This document shows, one piece after another, positions 8,820 through 18,378 of a stretch of 64,000 nucleotides of DNA. The stretch covers positions 1 to 64,000 of the IMG/VR virus record IMGVR_UViG_3300038393_000351, one strand, 5' to 3'. Every line of letters starts with the position of its first letter. The stretch's first letter is position 1. The translations under genes and the position numbers were made by a program. A model generated the notes under the pieces. That model ran no database searches, had not been told where the DNA came from, and worked only from the letters and a program-made list of their open reading frames with translations. Origin of the DNA: a virus.

Positions 8820-9737
8820 ATGGACAACGCAGCGATCCAAAAAGAATTAGCTAAGCGAAGTCTCTATTCTGGAAAAATCGATGGTGTAGTCGGTCCTGGA
8901 ACTATGAAGGGAATCAACGCTGCTCTCTCAACGTTCAACACAAGCGGCTGGCCCGATTCACATAAACTCATTGGATTTGAGCAGTTGGTTTATAAAGAAG
9001 CCGGAATGCCGAGCGACGTCGATGGAATCTTGGGTTCTCAGACTCTGGCCAACAGAGGAAAATACGGTGCTCCTCCATCCTCCTCGTCATCATCATTCGT
9101 ACCACGCATAGTCGACATCTATCACGGCGACGCAGTTAAAGATTTTCATCCGGCCGCTGATGCTGGTGTCTGGGGGATCATCCATAAAGCGTCGCAGGGA
9201 ACTACGTACAAGGACGTAGCGTACGATGAGAGACGTAAGCTAGCGGCTCAAGTTGATGGTCTTCTCTGGGGTGCTTATCACTTCAACACCGGAGAGAATG
9301 TTTCCAGACAAGTCGATTTTTTCTTGAAGTCAGCTCAGCCCAAGGACGATACTCTGATGGTTCTCGACTATGAGAACAACGCAAAGTCTGATATGTCCGC
9401 TAAGCAGATGGTCGAGTTCCTTCACTTACTTGAGCAGAAGCTCGGTCGTAAGGGAGCACTGTACTCGGGTAACAAACTCAAGGAGACTGTTGGTCAGCTC
9501 AGCGACAGTGATTTCGAGTACGTTAAGAGCCATCGTCTTTGGATCTGTCAGTATGGACCCAGGGTCAAGCTTCCTCAGGGATTTGATAGCTGGTGGTTAT
9601 GGCAATTCACCGGCGACGGCATAGGTCCTATGCCTCACTACGTTCCCGGAATCACCGTACCAGGAGGAAAGGGAATCGACTTAAATCGAGTTCCCGATGG
9701 TGTCACGCGAGAGCAGTTCGCGGCAACGTGGGCTTAA
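8820..9737 (+). CDS. endolysin: peptidoglycan-binding domain plus GH25 muramidase
   Basis: IDGVVGPGT and VDGILGSQT repeats; VDIYH, HKASQG, GAYHF, LDYE, WLWQFT, IDLN; AAGGAG RBS. Confidence 0.9.
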   Translation: MDNAAIQKELAKRSLYSGKIDGVVGPGTMKGINAALSTFNTSGWPDSHKLIGFEQLVYKEAGMPSDVDGILGSQTLANRGKYGAPPSSSSSSFVPRIVDIYHGDAVKDFHPAADAGVWGIIHKASQGTTYKDVAYDERRKLAAQVDGLLWGAYHFNTGENVSRQVDFFLKSAQPKDDTLMVLDYENNAKSDMSAKQMVEFLHLLEQKLGRKGALYSGNKLKETVGQLSDSDFEYVKSHRLWICQYGPRVKLPQGFDSWWLWQFTGDGIGPMPHYVPGITVPGGKGIDLNRVPDGVTREQFAATWA

Positions 9738-10030
9738 TTACTAACTGATACAAGTCGACCGTGAATTGCTCTTGTCCATCCATTCACGTGACCGTGGTTG
9801 TTGGAGATACGATATCGGTCGCCGTTGATCGCGGTGATCAAGTGAAGGTACTGTTGTCCTTTAACTGAACAAAGGACGACGTCTCCAATTGCGAGTTGTT
9901 CTTTCTTAGCCGGTGCTACGACACAGAGCTGACCAGACTTGATATGTGGTGTCATCGAGTTTCCACGAGGACGAAACGAAACTGTTTCTCCATTATTGAG
10001 TGCTTCTATGTACTTTGAAGCCCACCCCAT
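9734..10030 (-). CDS. S24/S26 peptidase-like protein
   Basis: RGNSMTPHIKSG...GDVV...YLHL. Confidence 0.7.
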   Translation of the reverse strand: MGWASKYIEALNNGETVSFRPRGNSMTPHIKSGQLCVVAPAKKEQLAIGDVVLCSVKGQQYLHLITAINGDRYRISNNHGHVNGWTRAIHGRLVSVSN

Positions 10031-10033
10031 CTA

Positions 10034-10771
10034 TCATTCCTTTACTACTTCCAGATGTCCGTGCTTCAAGTCCCAGGCTGCGATCGAGCGATCGTATGAA
10101 GTGCCGGAAGTCAGATCGGATAATCTCACTCTCTGACTGACTTTAGCGAACTGGTTGATGTAGCACCGAGCCTGGTATTCTTGTGCAAAGCACTTAGTTC
10201 CTCTTTTGCGGAACGTCGAAGGATACCTAAAGCGTACCAGAGGATCTTCACCGCGCTTGAGTTTATAAGTCTCGGCTCCGACTTTCTCAGCGTACGTTGA
10301 GGGACCCGGGTTTAAGATGTGCCAGGCATTCTCCACCCGTCTCCCGAGTCTCTTTCTGGCTCCTTGAGCTACGTTGGGATCGATCACTCTCCCATCACGA
10401 ACGACCCATGCGTGCCCGTTTCCACGCACTAAGAAAACACCTTCAGGATGTTCGGCGCAGAACTGCTTGAGAGTGACGTATCGAGCCGCATTCAAGCGGA
10501 ACGTCGCGTATCCATCGTCGTCGGTATCCTCGACGAGTGCGCTCCTACCCTCTACTGACGTCGAGATGTTGACGTACTCAATCTGTAAATCGGAGAGAAC
10601 GCCCAGGTACTGGTGATCCCTGGTTCCGCGATGTGGAATATATCCACGGTTCTGGAACAGTTCCAGGATCACTCGGTCTGGAGCTCCGCTTATTTCCTTA
10701 ACTGCCACCAGGGAGCAGTTGTTGGTGAAGTGCCGGATTGAGATATTGGGAATATCAGCAAGTCGTGTCAT
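10034..10771 (-). CDS. hypothetical protein with a papain-like Cys/His pattern
   Basis: NNCSLVAV...GHAWVVRDG. Confidence 0.6.
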   Translation of the reverse strand: MTRLADIPNISIRHFTNNCSLVAVKEISGAPDRVILELFQNRGYIPHRGTRDHQYLGVLSDLQIEYVNISTSVEGRSALVEDTDDDGYATFRLNAARYVTLKQFCAEHPEGVFLVRGNGHAWVVRDGRVIDPNVAQGARKRLGRRVENAWHILNPGPSTYAEKVGAETYKLKRGEDPLVRFRYPSTFRKRGTKCFAQEYQARCYINQFAKVSQRVRLSDLTSGTSYDRSIAAWDLKHGHLEVVKE

Positions 10772-10851
10772 TTTCAGCCCCGAATCACTGATTCTACAGT
10801 ATATCAGGGTAAGAAGATGTCAATAGCCTCTATGTGGCTATTTTTAGAACA

Positions 10852-11004
10852 CTAGTCGTGGTGTTTCCAGACACTGACTACTTCAGTGAAGTAGTCCCTC
10901 AGTTCACACACAGCACCATACACAACCACGATCGGGATATAAACCGGCATAGTAACGATGATCGCGGCACGCCTCACGAAATTATTCTCGATTCTCGCTA
11001 TCAT
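10852..11004 (-). CDS. small membrane protein
   Basis: 50 aa, one hydrophobic segment, ATGA overlap. Confidence 0.45.
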   Translation of the reverse strand: MIARIENNFVRRAAIIVTMPVYIPIVVVYGAVCELRDYFTEVVSVWKHHD

Positions 11005-11249
11005 GATATTTCCATCTCCGCTCCAACGACTTCCGCTTTGATTCCCATCGTCTTTAAAGCACCATAACCCTCAACGAAGACGGGAGTTAAGATCTCACGT
11101 GCTTCAAGTTGGGCTATGTGCTTGATGTGATCGTCGATGTCGTAGAACGGATAAAAGCTTTCTCGGAAATCCTTCATCCATTGCTCTGTGAACTTCGTCT
11201 CATCGACTTCAACGTCGACTAGGAATCGCACTTCAACAGTTTTCTTCAT
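11001..11249 (-). CDS. hypothetical protein
   Basis: Coupled ORF. Confidence 0.7.
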   Translation of the reverse strand: MKKTVEVRFLVDVEVDETKFTEQWMKDFRESFYPFYDIDDHIKHIAQLEAREILTPVFVEGYGALKTMGIKAEVVGAEMEIS

Positions 11250-11533
11250 CAGACCACCGTCAGAATATAATCAACAATCGCTTTGGCTTTTTCTTCAGCG
11301 TCTCGGTATTCTTTAGTGTAGCCGGACGCAGCTGGCTCGATGATTCGAGCTATATTAAGCTCCATCATCGTTCGTTCTTGAGGAATAGCAGCTTTGATCT
11401 GATCAGCTACGTCCGCGCGAACGTATTCGTGGCTTTCGTACACAGGCCACTTCTCTTCTGACCACATCGGAGGACTCTTACCATGACGCGCCTCTATAGC
11501 CCAGATCTTCTCCGGCATTGAGTTGCTAACCAT
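11249..11533 (-). CDS. hypothetical protein
   Basis: MPEKIWA...EYVRAD, common in phages. Confidence 0.65.
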   Translation of the reverse strand: MVSNSMPEKIWAIEARHGKSPPMWSEEKWPVYESHEYVRADVADQIKAAIPQERTMMELNIARIIEPAASGYTKEYRDAEEKAKAIVDYILTVV

Positions 11534-11903
11534 TGATATCTACCTCACTGATCGCAATCATATTATCTGCGAACTCATAAGCCTGAAGCGAGATCTGTTG
11601 TTCCAGTGTATAATCTGGATTCAGAGATTTCATATTCGGGATCATAGCAATAAGAGACTGAAGTGCGTGGGCTGCGAAGTAGTCGCGTCTTGATATACCA
11701 TTAACACCGTCGTTCACTGACATCTCCTCTACGATGCGTTTAACCGCTTTAACTGCGGTGCTTAGATTCTTACGTGCGTCTTTAGTGACTTGCTCTTCGG
11801 ACGGACCATCGTCTGATTCCCTACGTGAATCAAGAGCGTCTACAACCGGCCCAGAGATCTGAACGCGCTCAATCGGAAGTTCAAGATCTTTAGTAATCGG
11901 CAT
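11526..11903 (-). CDS. hypothetical protein
   Basis: GISRRDYFAAHALQ...AYEFADNMI. Confidence 0.7.
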   Translation of the reverse strand: MPITKDLELPIERVQISGPVVDALDSRRESDDGPSEEQVTKDARKNLSTAVKAVKRIVEEMSVNDGVNGISRRDYFAAHALQSLIAMIPNMKSLNPDYTLEQQISLQAYEFADNMIAISEVDING

Positions 11904-13296
11904 CTCTTACTCTCTCCCTGATCTTTGCTAGAGAATCATCGACGACGAGTTCACCATTCAGATAAACGATCCTAAGCTGGTTGCTTCGGTCGATGATGTC
12001 GTAGCCGATGGCACTCGTCGTTGTGAATTCTCCAGTGTTGGTGTCTTTATACACAGCGAACCGACCCTTCTTCGATCGCTTATCCGGCTGATCGACTGGA
12101 TTCTTAAAGACGTCGAGCCACTTACCATTCCTATAGATCGCCGAGCACTTCATGGCGAACTTATAAGTGTCGCGGTTGACCATCTGAAGAAGACCGCTGC
12201 CCATTCCAAATGCCAGGTTATCAAGAGACCATCCGGCTTTCTTCAAGTTTTCACAGATGATGGGAATCGTATCGACTGTGATTCCATCGCCCTGAATGAC
12301 ACGGATATACGATGGAAGTACTTTATAACCCTTCTCATTCACCGTGTAACCATATAACTCGCCGAGTCTCTCCACGACGCGAACAGGTACAGTGAGGGGA
12401 TCACCGGAATCCGGACGAGCAATGAATACTCCACCCTTCTCCTTCAACTTATCGATGTACGCTCCTAGAACGTTCTCGATAAAATCCCATGTCGAGTACG
12501 AATCGATCGGGCAAGCAAAGAGATCGAAGAGATCGATCATCTTCCCGAAGTACTCCTTCTCGCCTCCCTGCTGATACGACGTCACACAAGAGTGCTCTCC
12601 AGCTGGGATCGAGAATCCAGCCATCGGCTCATTGTAGTACTTCTTGGCGAATAGAACAGCCTTCATCGTGTCCGTTCCTAAGAACGAGCAGAGATGTCCC
12701 ATGCCACCGATGCCGGCCGACTCCTGAGATGAAGCACCGCGGAATCCAAAATCATGAAGCTTGAAGCTGATTCCATCGAGGTTGTCGCACGTCTCCTCCA
12801 TGTATTTCCGGATGATCTGGCGACAGCGGTAGGAGTTCGTGGCGATCGTTGTCGGATACCAGACTTGAAGAAGGATCGTCTCAAAGAACGATACGACTCC
12901 AGCACACCTGGAATCAGTGTTGACGATTGTCATGAGTACATTTTTGTTCTTAACAACCGTGCCCTCAGGCAGCGCTCGAATCTCGATAGGTAGCCTTCCA
13001 TCAAGTCGATTAACGATGTAGTCCCACATCTTCCTGTCGAACGGCTCGCCGTGCTCGTTCCAGACTCTCTCAGCTTCATCGACTTGTGCTTTGATGATCG
13101 GTCGGCTGAAGTATCGCTTGAGGATGTACTGAAGCCCAAAGAAGAGCGTTCGGTCGTACTCGCCTCCTCGACTCTCGATATAAGAGTAAACGAAGTCCGT
13201 TCCCTCAGGATACGTCTGAGACTGAGACGCTTTATAGCTGTCCACGCACAGAAGCGGATTCTTATCACCGAGTCTCTCTTTCTCATTCTTCTTCAT
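11890..13296 (-). CDS. nadV: nicotinamide phosphoribosyltransferase (NAMPT)
   Basis: DSYK, LHDFGFRG, SIPAGEHS, RPDSGDP, VIQGDG, FGMGSGLLQ, FAMKCS. Confidence 0.95.
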   Translation of the reverse strand: MKKNEKERLGDKNPLLCVDSYKASQSQTYPEGTDFVYSYIESRGGEYDRTLFFGLQYILKRYFSRPIIKAQVDEAERVWNEHGEPFDRKMWDYIVNRLDGRLPIEIRALPEGTVVKNKNVLMTIVNTDSRCAGVVSFFETILLQVWYPTTIATNSYRCRQIIRKYMEETCDNLDGISFKLHDFGFRGASSQESAGIGGMGHLCSFLGTDTMKAVLFAKKYYNEPMAGFSIPAGEHSCVTSYQQGGEKEYFGKMIDLFDLFACPIDSYSTWDFIENVLGAYIDKLKEKGGVFIARPDSGDPLTVPVRVVERLGELYGYTVNEKGYKVLPSYIRVIQGDGITVDTIPIICENLKKAGWSLDNLAFGMGSGLLQMVNRDTYKFAMKCSAIYRNGKWLDVFKNPVDQPDKRSKKGRFAVYKDTNTGEFTTTSAIGYDIIDRSNQLRIVYLNGELVVDDSLAKIRERVRDADY

Positions 13297-13334
13297 ATCT
13301 TGATCTCCTCAAGTTAATCTGATAGACACACCGT

Positions 13335-13535
13335 CTACCACGACGTTCCTTTAATTCTAGCTGCAGTCAATCCCGGGCAATTAGGACAAGGAACGTACTC
13401 ATGTCCAGATGATTCACCCATGATCGTATAACGTGATGTTTGAACTTCTGCTTGTGTATATTCGAGAATAGCAGCACAGCTCTGACACGTGACTCGCTTA
13501 ACATGCTTCTCATCTCGACCAACGATCTTGACCAT
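13335..13535 (-). CDS. zinc-ribbon protein
   Basis: CQSC...CPNC; GAGG RBS. Confidence 0.7.
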   Translation of the reverse strand: MVKIVGRDEKHVKRVTCQSCAAILEYTQAEVQTSRYTIMGESSGHEYVPCPNCPGLTAARIKGTSW

Positions 13536-13544
13536 AACGCGCCT

Positions 13545-13772
13545 CTAATGAAACTGCCAGTTCAACTTAGTTTTATCTAGCTCCCTGTCACGCGACGTAA
13601 CGGCGATGGAATCTGAGCAAATTGGACACGCAACCATAAACAAATAATGTCCCATGCTGCGATCCCTGGATAGACGATCGGCTTTCGAACATCGAAGCTT
13701 AGATGAACACTTGGTGCACGTGACGATGTACGTGTAGTCGTCGGGGTTAACGCCTTAGTGAATTACTTCCAT
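13545..13772 (-). pseudogene. zinc-ribbon gene interrupted by in-frame TAA at codon 6
   Basis: MEVIH*GVNPDDYTYIVTCTKC...CPIC...; TAA at 13755-13757. Confidence 0.55.
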
Positions 13773-14806
13773 TGGATTCCCGTCATTTTCTGGATGATGA
13801 ACCAGTGATCTCCCATGAAGTCTCGTGGGTTGAGATCGTGAAGTGAGTACCACTGAGCTGACTCAGCATCGTCGTCTCCTCTCACATGGAATCTCTCCTT
13901 GGCGTTTGGAAAGACGTATCGATAAGCGTGTGTGATGAGACGACCTCTTGGATCTCTGTCAGGTGCATCGAAGACTTCAGCCGGTCCTGTGATGTAGGAC
14001 TTGAGCTTTCCGTGTGGAATCTCACCGTGCTGATCGGAGATTCTCGTCTCCTCCTTCAGCTCCCTGACACAAGCGTCGATAAGACGCTCCGAGCCGTTCT
14101 TGTCAGATGGTCTGGATAAGAATCCTCCCGGAAGGGCGAGCGATCCGGCATACGGGGCCGCTCTCCTTCGAACGAGCAGGATATGCCCGCTCTGAGTAGC
14201 CACTGAGTCAACTGTGACGAAGGGTCCCTGTCCCCACACCTCATGATATCCCTTGAGGAACTTTGCTTCATCTAAGATCCACTTAAACTCCGGCGTGAAC
14301 ACGAACTGACGCAGTGCTTTTCTAACTTCAAACGCTAGAAACTCAGAGGTCACCGGTGTGTCTTGGAAAAACTGCTCGCGGATGCCTGTAGCGTTGAACG
14401 TTCCATATTTATGAAGAACGTTGATCTTCTCCCACTCCGGAAACATACCCAGGTAGTACGTCGATGGATCTTTATCGAAGCCGACTAATGCGATCGATGC
14501 TCCGCGGTTTCCAGCAACGCTCTCGACGAGAGTACGCACCTGTGTCTGCCAGGCCGTATCATTATATGGTACATCGTTCAGGGGAAGAACGTCGACGCGA
14601 CCGACTGCATCACACTCAACTAAGTTGTAGTGAATGAACTGCTTCCGCTCTTCGAATGTAAAGGGATTTTTTGGAGACCGATGAAGGTTCGCTGAACCGA
14701 CGAGGACTATAACTCGTCTTGCATTCTGCAGTGCATGCTTCAGAACTGACAGATGTCCGATGTGAAACGGTTGAAATCGGCCAATATACACCGCGTAGTC
14801 ATGCAT
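13763..14806 (-). CDS. nadM: bifunctional NMN adenylyltransferase / Nudix ADP-ribose pyrophosphatase
   Basis: YIGRFQPFHIGH; Nudix box LPGG...RELKEET; RDPR; GDDA; GAGGGAG RBS before ATG 14806. Confidence 0.93.
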   Translation of the reverse strand: MHDYAVYIGRFQPFHIGHLSVLKHALQNARRVIVLVGSANLHRSPKNPFTFEERKQFIHYNLVECDAVGRVDVLPLNDVPYNDTAWQTQVRTLVESVAGNRGASIALVGFDKDPSTYYLGMFPEWEKINVLHKYGTFNATGIREQFFQDTPVTSEFLAFEVRKALRQFVFTPEFKWILDEAKFLKGYHEVWGQGPFVTVDSVATQSGHILLVRRRAAPYAGSLALPGGFLSRPSDKNGSERLIDACVRELKEETRISDQHGEIPHGKLKSYITGPAEVFDAPDRDPRGRLITHAYRYVFPNAKERFHVRGDDDAESAQWYSLHDLNPRDFMGDHWFIIQKMTGIQWK

Positions 14807-14850
14807 TCGAGTCTCCCTCGTGTTATAAGCAGAACACTCCATCCTGCTTC

Positions 14851-15123
14851 TTATTTATACTTGGCTAAACGCTCTTCGTAAACTTTTATCATCTTTTCGG
14901 ATGCCGATGTTGCATACCGTAAATTAGCTTCGGCAGCCAGAGCTCGATCCATCCAGCGCTGTCCCGTTGGACTATAGATCTCAGCTGGAGATAGATTACC
15001 ACCATTCACTACCGTCAGCTGGTGTTGCTTCAAGATTTCCATGATGGACGGAACGTCGAAAGGCCACTGCTGGAAATCTGGACGAAGTGGCCGATGAAAG
15101 TACTCTTCTGGACAGACGGACAT
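14851..15123 (-). CDS. hypothetical protein
   Basis: ORF within the operon. Confidence 0.6.
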   Translation of the reverse strand: MSVCPEEYFHRPLRPDFQQWPFDVPSIMEILKQHQLTVVNGGNLSPAEIYSPTGQRWMDRALAAEANLRYATSASEKMIKVYEERLAKYK

Positions 15124-15124
15124 T

Positions 15125-15241
15125 TTACTTAATCAAGTATCCCAGAGCGAATCCCAGAGTTCCAAACACGACCGCAACTGTTGTGGGTATCATGACCAGA
15201 TAGAGCTTAATCGAATCACGAGCGACTTTATCGAGCGGCAT
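15125..15241 (-). CDS. small membrane peptide
   Basis: 38 aa filling the gap; hydrophobic C-terminal half; GAGG upstream. Confidence 0.45.
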   Translation of the reverse strand: MPLDKVARDSIKLYLVMIPTTVAVVFGTLGFALGYLIK

Positions 15242-15242
15242 A

Positions 15243-15740
15243 TTATATCAACCTCTGTTGTGTAACGTAAGCTTTCAGGGCACGAAGTGATTCTTCAGCT
15301 GACTGATGAAGGATGAATACACCGCCGGCTTTCTCCCAGAGAGGAATGTATTTCTTCCAATCATCGATGAGAACGTCGCCGGGTTGTGTGATGTGTCTGA
15401 ACTTATCACGCGACTTGCAAGTGATGATGCGATCGGTGTCAAACCACTTCTTTGCCCACATCTTCTTCTGAGTAGCGGGATGAATGCTGAATCCATCTTC
15501 TCTGGGTATACCAGTCAAGATCGTCGGCTTGAAGCCCAGCTCATGAACTCCCTGCCACAAATCAAACGCATCGTACATGGGTTCGAGCGAGAGGAAGAAG
15601 TTCTTATAAGAATAGAGCTTCTCCCAGAGAGACGCCTCTCCTTCTTGGTTTTCATAGTCTCTCGGTCGACACCCGACGATCTCGATCGCTCTCTTGTCGA
15701 AGTCTGCCAGGACTCCATCCATGTCGATGAATATGTGCAT
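15243..15740 (-). CDS. HAD-family 5'(3')-deoxyribonucleotidase
   Basis: IFIDMDGVLADF...ILT...K...LIDD. Confidence 0.88.
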   Translation of the reverse strand: MHIFIDMDGVLADFDKRAIEIVGCRPRDYENQEGEASLWEKLYSYKNFFLSLEPMYDAFDLWQGVHELGFKPTILTGIPREDGFSIHPATQKKMWAKKWFDTDRIITCKSRDKFRHITQPGDVLIDDWKKYIPLWEKAGGVFILHQSAEESLRALKAYVTQQRLI

Positions 15741-15940
15741 TACTTTACAATTTCCCTGATAGCTTCTTTTTCAGTAACATAAAGATTTTTCCGAAGTTTA
15801 TCTTTGGTTACATTATCAACTGTGTTTAGACTGCGTCCAGCGAAAGCGTCTTCATAGAGTTGCCTGGCAGCCAAATATCGAAGATAGATCAGCATCTCTT
15901 TGTCGGGATGCGTGATTATCTCTGCGTGAAACGACGACAT
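15740..15940 (-). CDS. hypothetical protein
   Basis: Likely start MSSFHAEII immediately after the upstream stop. Confidence 0.55.
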   Translation of the reverse strand: MSSFHAEIITHPDKEMLIYLRYLAARQLYEDAFAGRSLNTVDNVTKDKLRKNLYVTEKEAIREIVK

Positions 15941-15941
15941 C

Positions 15942-16592
15942 TTACCAACCTTCTGTAAGGGACGACATATAGACTTGAACTTGACGCCGAATCTCATTCG
16001 ACACTGGACGCTTGGTATCCCATGAGATGCGACCAAACCATCGCCATCCGTTGGCGATCGCCGGCGTTCCCTGATGAAAGCTCTTTGAGTTGAAGTGAAT
16101 GAGCTTCCCAGACGGTGCTTTGACTTCTCTAAGCACTTTTTTCCGGATGTATTTCTCTACATCCGAGTGCCACTTCTTATAGATCGGTCCTTCGTCTGGA
16201 AGATCAAAAACTGCCGAACCGACCGCGAACACAGTTGGACAGATGTCGCCGTTGATCAGACCCATGCAGTGCTGAGCGTAGTACTCAGGATCATCGTAGT
16301 TCGGCTGGCCGCTCGCTGTTGATCTCGGAACATCATCGTGATGATAACCGGGAATACACGGATACCATCCGGGCATAAGCATGTGAACGCGTGAATCGAA
16401 GACGAAGTCGTCCACTAAAGGACGCTCCTTCATGAAAGTTCGAATGAAGGACTTTGTTATCGGTCCTCCATTCTCCACTGCGAACTTACTCGAACTCGAG
16501 AAGAACATCGGTTCATTCTTAACTTCATCCTGATTGAACTTTTGATCGAAGTTCTTACCCGTAGTAAACTCAGAGTCGAAGCTGTACGGCAT
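15942..16592 (-). CDS. putative 2OG-Fe(II) oxygenase-like protein
   Basis: GYHHDD (HxD), FHQG, WRWFGR. Confidence 0.6.
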   Translation of the reverse strand: MPYSFDSEFTTGKNFDQKFNQDEVKNEPMFFSSSSKFAVENGGPITKSFIRTFMKERPLVDDFVFDSRVHMLMPGWYPCIPGYHHDDVPRSTASGQPNYDDPEYYAQHCMGLINGDICPTVFAVGSAVFDLPDEGPIYKKWHSDVEKYIRKKVLREVKAPSGKLIHFNSKSFHQGTPAIANGWRWFGRISWDTKRPVSNEIRRQVQVYMSSLTEGW

Positions 16593-16595
16593 AGA

Positions 16596-16820
16596 TCACC
16601 ACCAGAAGTGAATTAGAACGCTCCCGTCTTCGGGATTCTCTCCCATCTCTTTAATATAGTCGGTGATGATTTGATACTTTCCATTGTAACCGTACCACTC
16701 AACGTAGGTGTAGTCATTTCCAAGTCCATTCACGTGCCAATACGCACTTATGGCGTTGTACACATCGACCGGAACATCAACACCATGGGCATCGAGCACA
16801 GTAACGTTTTTAAACGACAC
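16596..16820 (-). CDS. hypothetical protein
   Basis: Coupled ORF. Confidence 0.6.
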   Translation of the reverse strand: MSFKNVTVLDAHGVDVPVDVYNAISAYWHVNGLGNDYTYVEWYGYNGKYQIITDYIKEMGENPEDGSVLIHFWW

Positions 16821-17070
16821 GGATCACAGCCTTTCTTACATCTTCCTGAAGTTTTCTCGTATCTTCTACTCGATATCTATAAGTCGTGTTCACTGCGCTG
16901 AACACCGTTGTTACTTCCTTCGTTCTGGTGTTTATCTCCTTGACGTAGATATCATCGGCGCCAAACACACCATGAGATAATCTCTCGATCAGAGCATCGG
17001 CGTCAAAGAAGTGTTCTGGACCCGAACACCCCTCATGACGAGCGCTGCTGTACAGACACCAGACTTTCAC
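16810..17070 (-). CDS. hypothetical protein
   Basis: Coupled ORF. Confidence 0.6.
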   Translation of the reverse strand: MKVWCLYSSARHEGCSGPEHFFDADALIERLSHGVFGADDIYVKEINTRTKEVTTVFSAVNTTYRYRVEDTRKLQEDVRKAVIRVV

Positions 17071-17588
17071 ATCATCTCCTTCATCTTCTGCTGCAATTCA
17101 TCGAACGAAACGGGAGTGTAGTTGATAGCCTCCATCGAGAGATTGATGTGGCTGGGAGTAGGAGATTTGTTCTGATGAATGTGACCGTGAACGTTGAAGA
17201 ATCCCTTGATGGACTTCGTGTCGATTGGAACGTGTGTGACGGTGAAGGGATACGCGATGTCCTTATCTTTGAACACTCTCCAGATCTGGATCTTCTGAAA
17301 GAAGGGAACAAGCTTCTTAACGTCGTCGTGATTTCCGACGAGAAGACGCTTTCTACCCTTGAACTTAGCAAAGAAGGACTTGAAGTCGTCTCCATAGGAG
17401 AACGTTAAGTCTCCCATGAAGTAGACGATATCGTTCTCATTGACCTGCTCATTATGGTGCGTCAAGATGCAGTCGTTGTGTTGCTCGATGTTGTTAAACT
17501 TCCTAACTTGATTGCCATAATCATCTTTAAACGTCAGGATGTTTCGATGAAAGAGATGGTGATCTGAAGCGAACCAGATGTTTCTCAT
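17067..17588 (-). CDS. calcineurin-like metallophosphoesterase
   Basis: SDHH, GD, GNHD, THVP, HGHIH. Confidence 0.9.
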   Translation of the reverse strand: MRNIWFASDHHLFHRNILTFKDDYGNQVRKFNNIEQHNDCILTHHNEQVNENDIVYFMGDLTFSYGDDFKSFFAKFKGRKRLLVGNHDDVKKLVPFFQKIQIWRVFKDKDIAYPFTVTHVPIDTKSIKGFFNVHGHIHQNKSPTPSHINLSMEAINYTPVSFDELQQKMKEMM

Positions 17589-18007
17589 AGTGTGAAGTTA
17601 TCTACCTGAAGATAAGAGAGGGATTCGAAGTATCCATCCCAGGGTGCATAGATTTTCTCAACAGTCCCATCATCGTGCTCAACGATGTGATTACCGCTCT
17701 GCAAGTTGTTCATATTCTTGAATGCAAGGTCCGGGCTCTTGTGCACTGAGATGAACTCCAGACAACCGTTCTCATCGTGTCCAAATGAATCACCAGTAGA
17801 ATATACGGCGTAGAGCACGAAGACTTCATCTCCCTTCTTCAGATCACCGGGATACGGAACGTTCTTATATCCGCGATCCTCAGCGAGCTTAGCACCATGG
17901 ACTGTCCAATCAGAACAAGTGTTGGGACGATCCCAAGGATCATCGGGATCAGAAGAACTAGTTTCCCATGATTCTTTGTCGTACTGAAGTTCAACATACG
18001 ATGTCAT
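17585..18007 (-). CDS. hypothetical protein
   Basis: YSTGDSFG...PWDGYFE. Confidence 0.7.
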   Translation of the reverse strand: MTSYVELQYDKESWETSSSDPDDPWDRPNTCSDWTVHGAKLAEDRGYKNVPYPGDLKKGDEVFVLYAVYSTGDSFGHDENGCLEFISVHKSPDLAFKNMNNLQSGNHIVEHDDGTVEKIYAPWDGYFESLSYLQVDNFTL

Positions 18008-18378
18008 TAAAATTTCTTTCCATCTGCTGCGCGGCGCGCTTCATGGCTGTGATCTTGACGCCATTTGTTATAAGACGTCTTTTCTTGATAAGCACCTTCG
18101 AGATCGAGACCATGAGCTCCAGCGTAGTCAAAGATGCGAATAAGTACATCGGCTAACTCAACTTCCTCTGATAAACGATGAGGAAGGTGATCGTCCATCT
18201 TTCCCTTCCGAGCTCCTTCCAGAGCTTCAGAGAGCTCGGAGTGCATCAGTGCTATGAGCTCTCCCTTGTTGCGCTGGATCTTCTCTCCGGTGTTGATGTC
18301 CTGCCACCACTTCATGTTGTTCTGGTGGCTCTCGTTTGCGTAGTCGTTTAGATTCAAGACGCTTGCTCCACTGCCCAT
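18007..18378 (-). CDS. MazG-like NTP pyrophosphohydrolase
   Basis: HSELSEALEG...EVELADVLIR. Confidence 0.85.
   Translation of the reverse strand: MGSGASVLNLNDYANESHQNNMKWWQDINTGEKIQRNKGELIALMHSELSEALEGARKGKMDDHLPHRLSEEVELADVLIRIFDYAGAHGLDLEGAYQEKTSYNKWRQDHSHEARRAADGKKF

Noticed and set aside
10876-10896. Palindrome gactacttca-g-tgaagtagtc
   Set aside because: Lies within a probable small ORF, has a 1-nt loop and no second copy; no functional evidence
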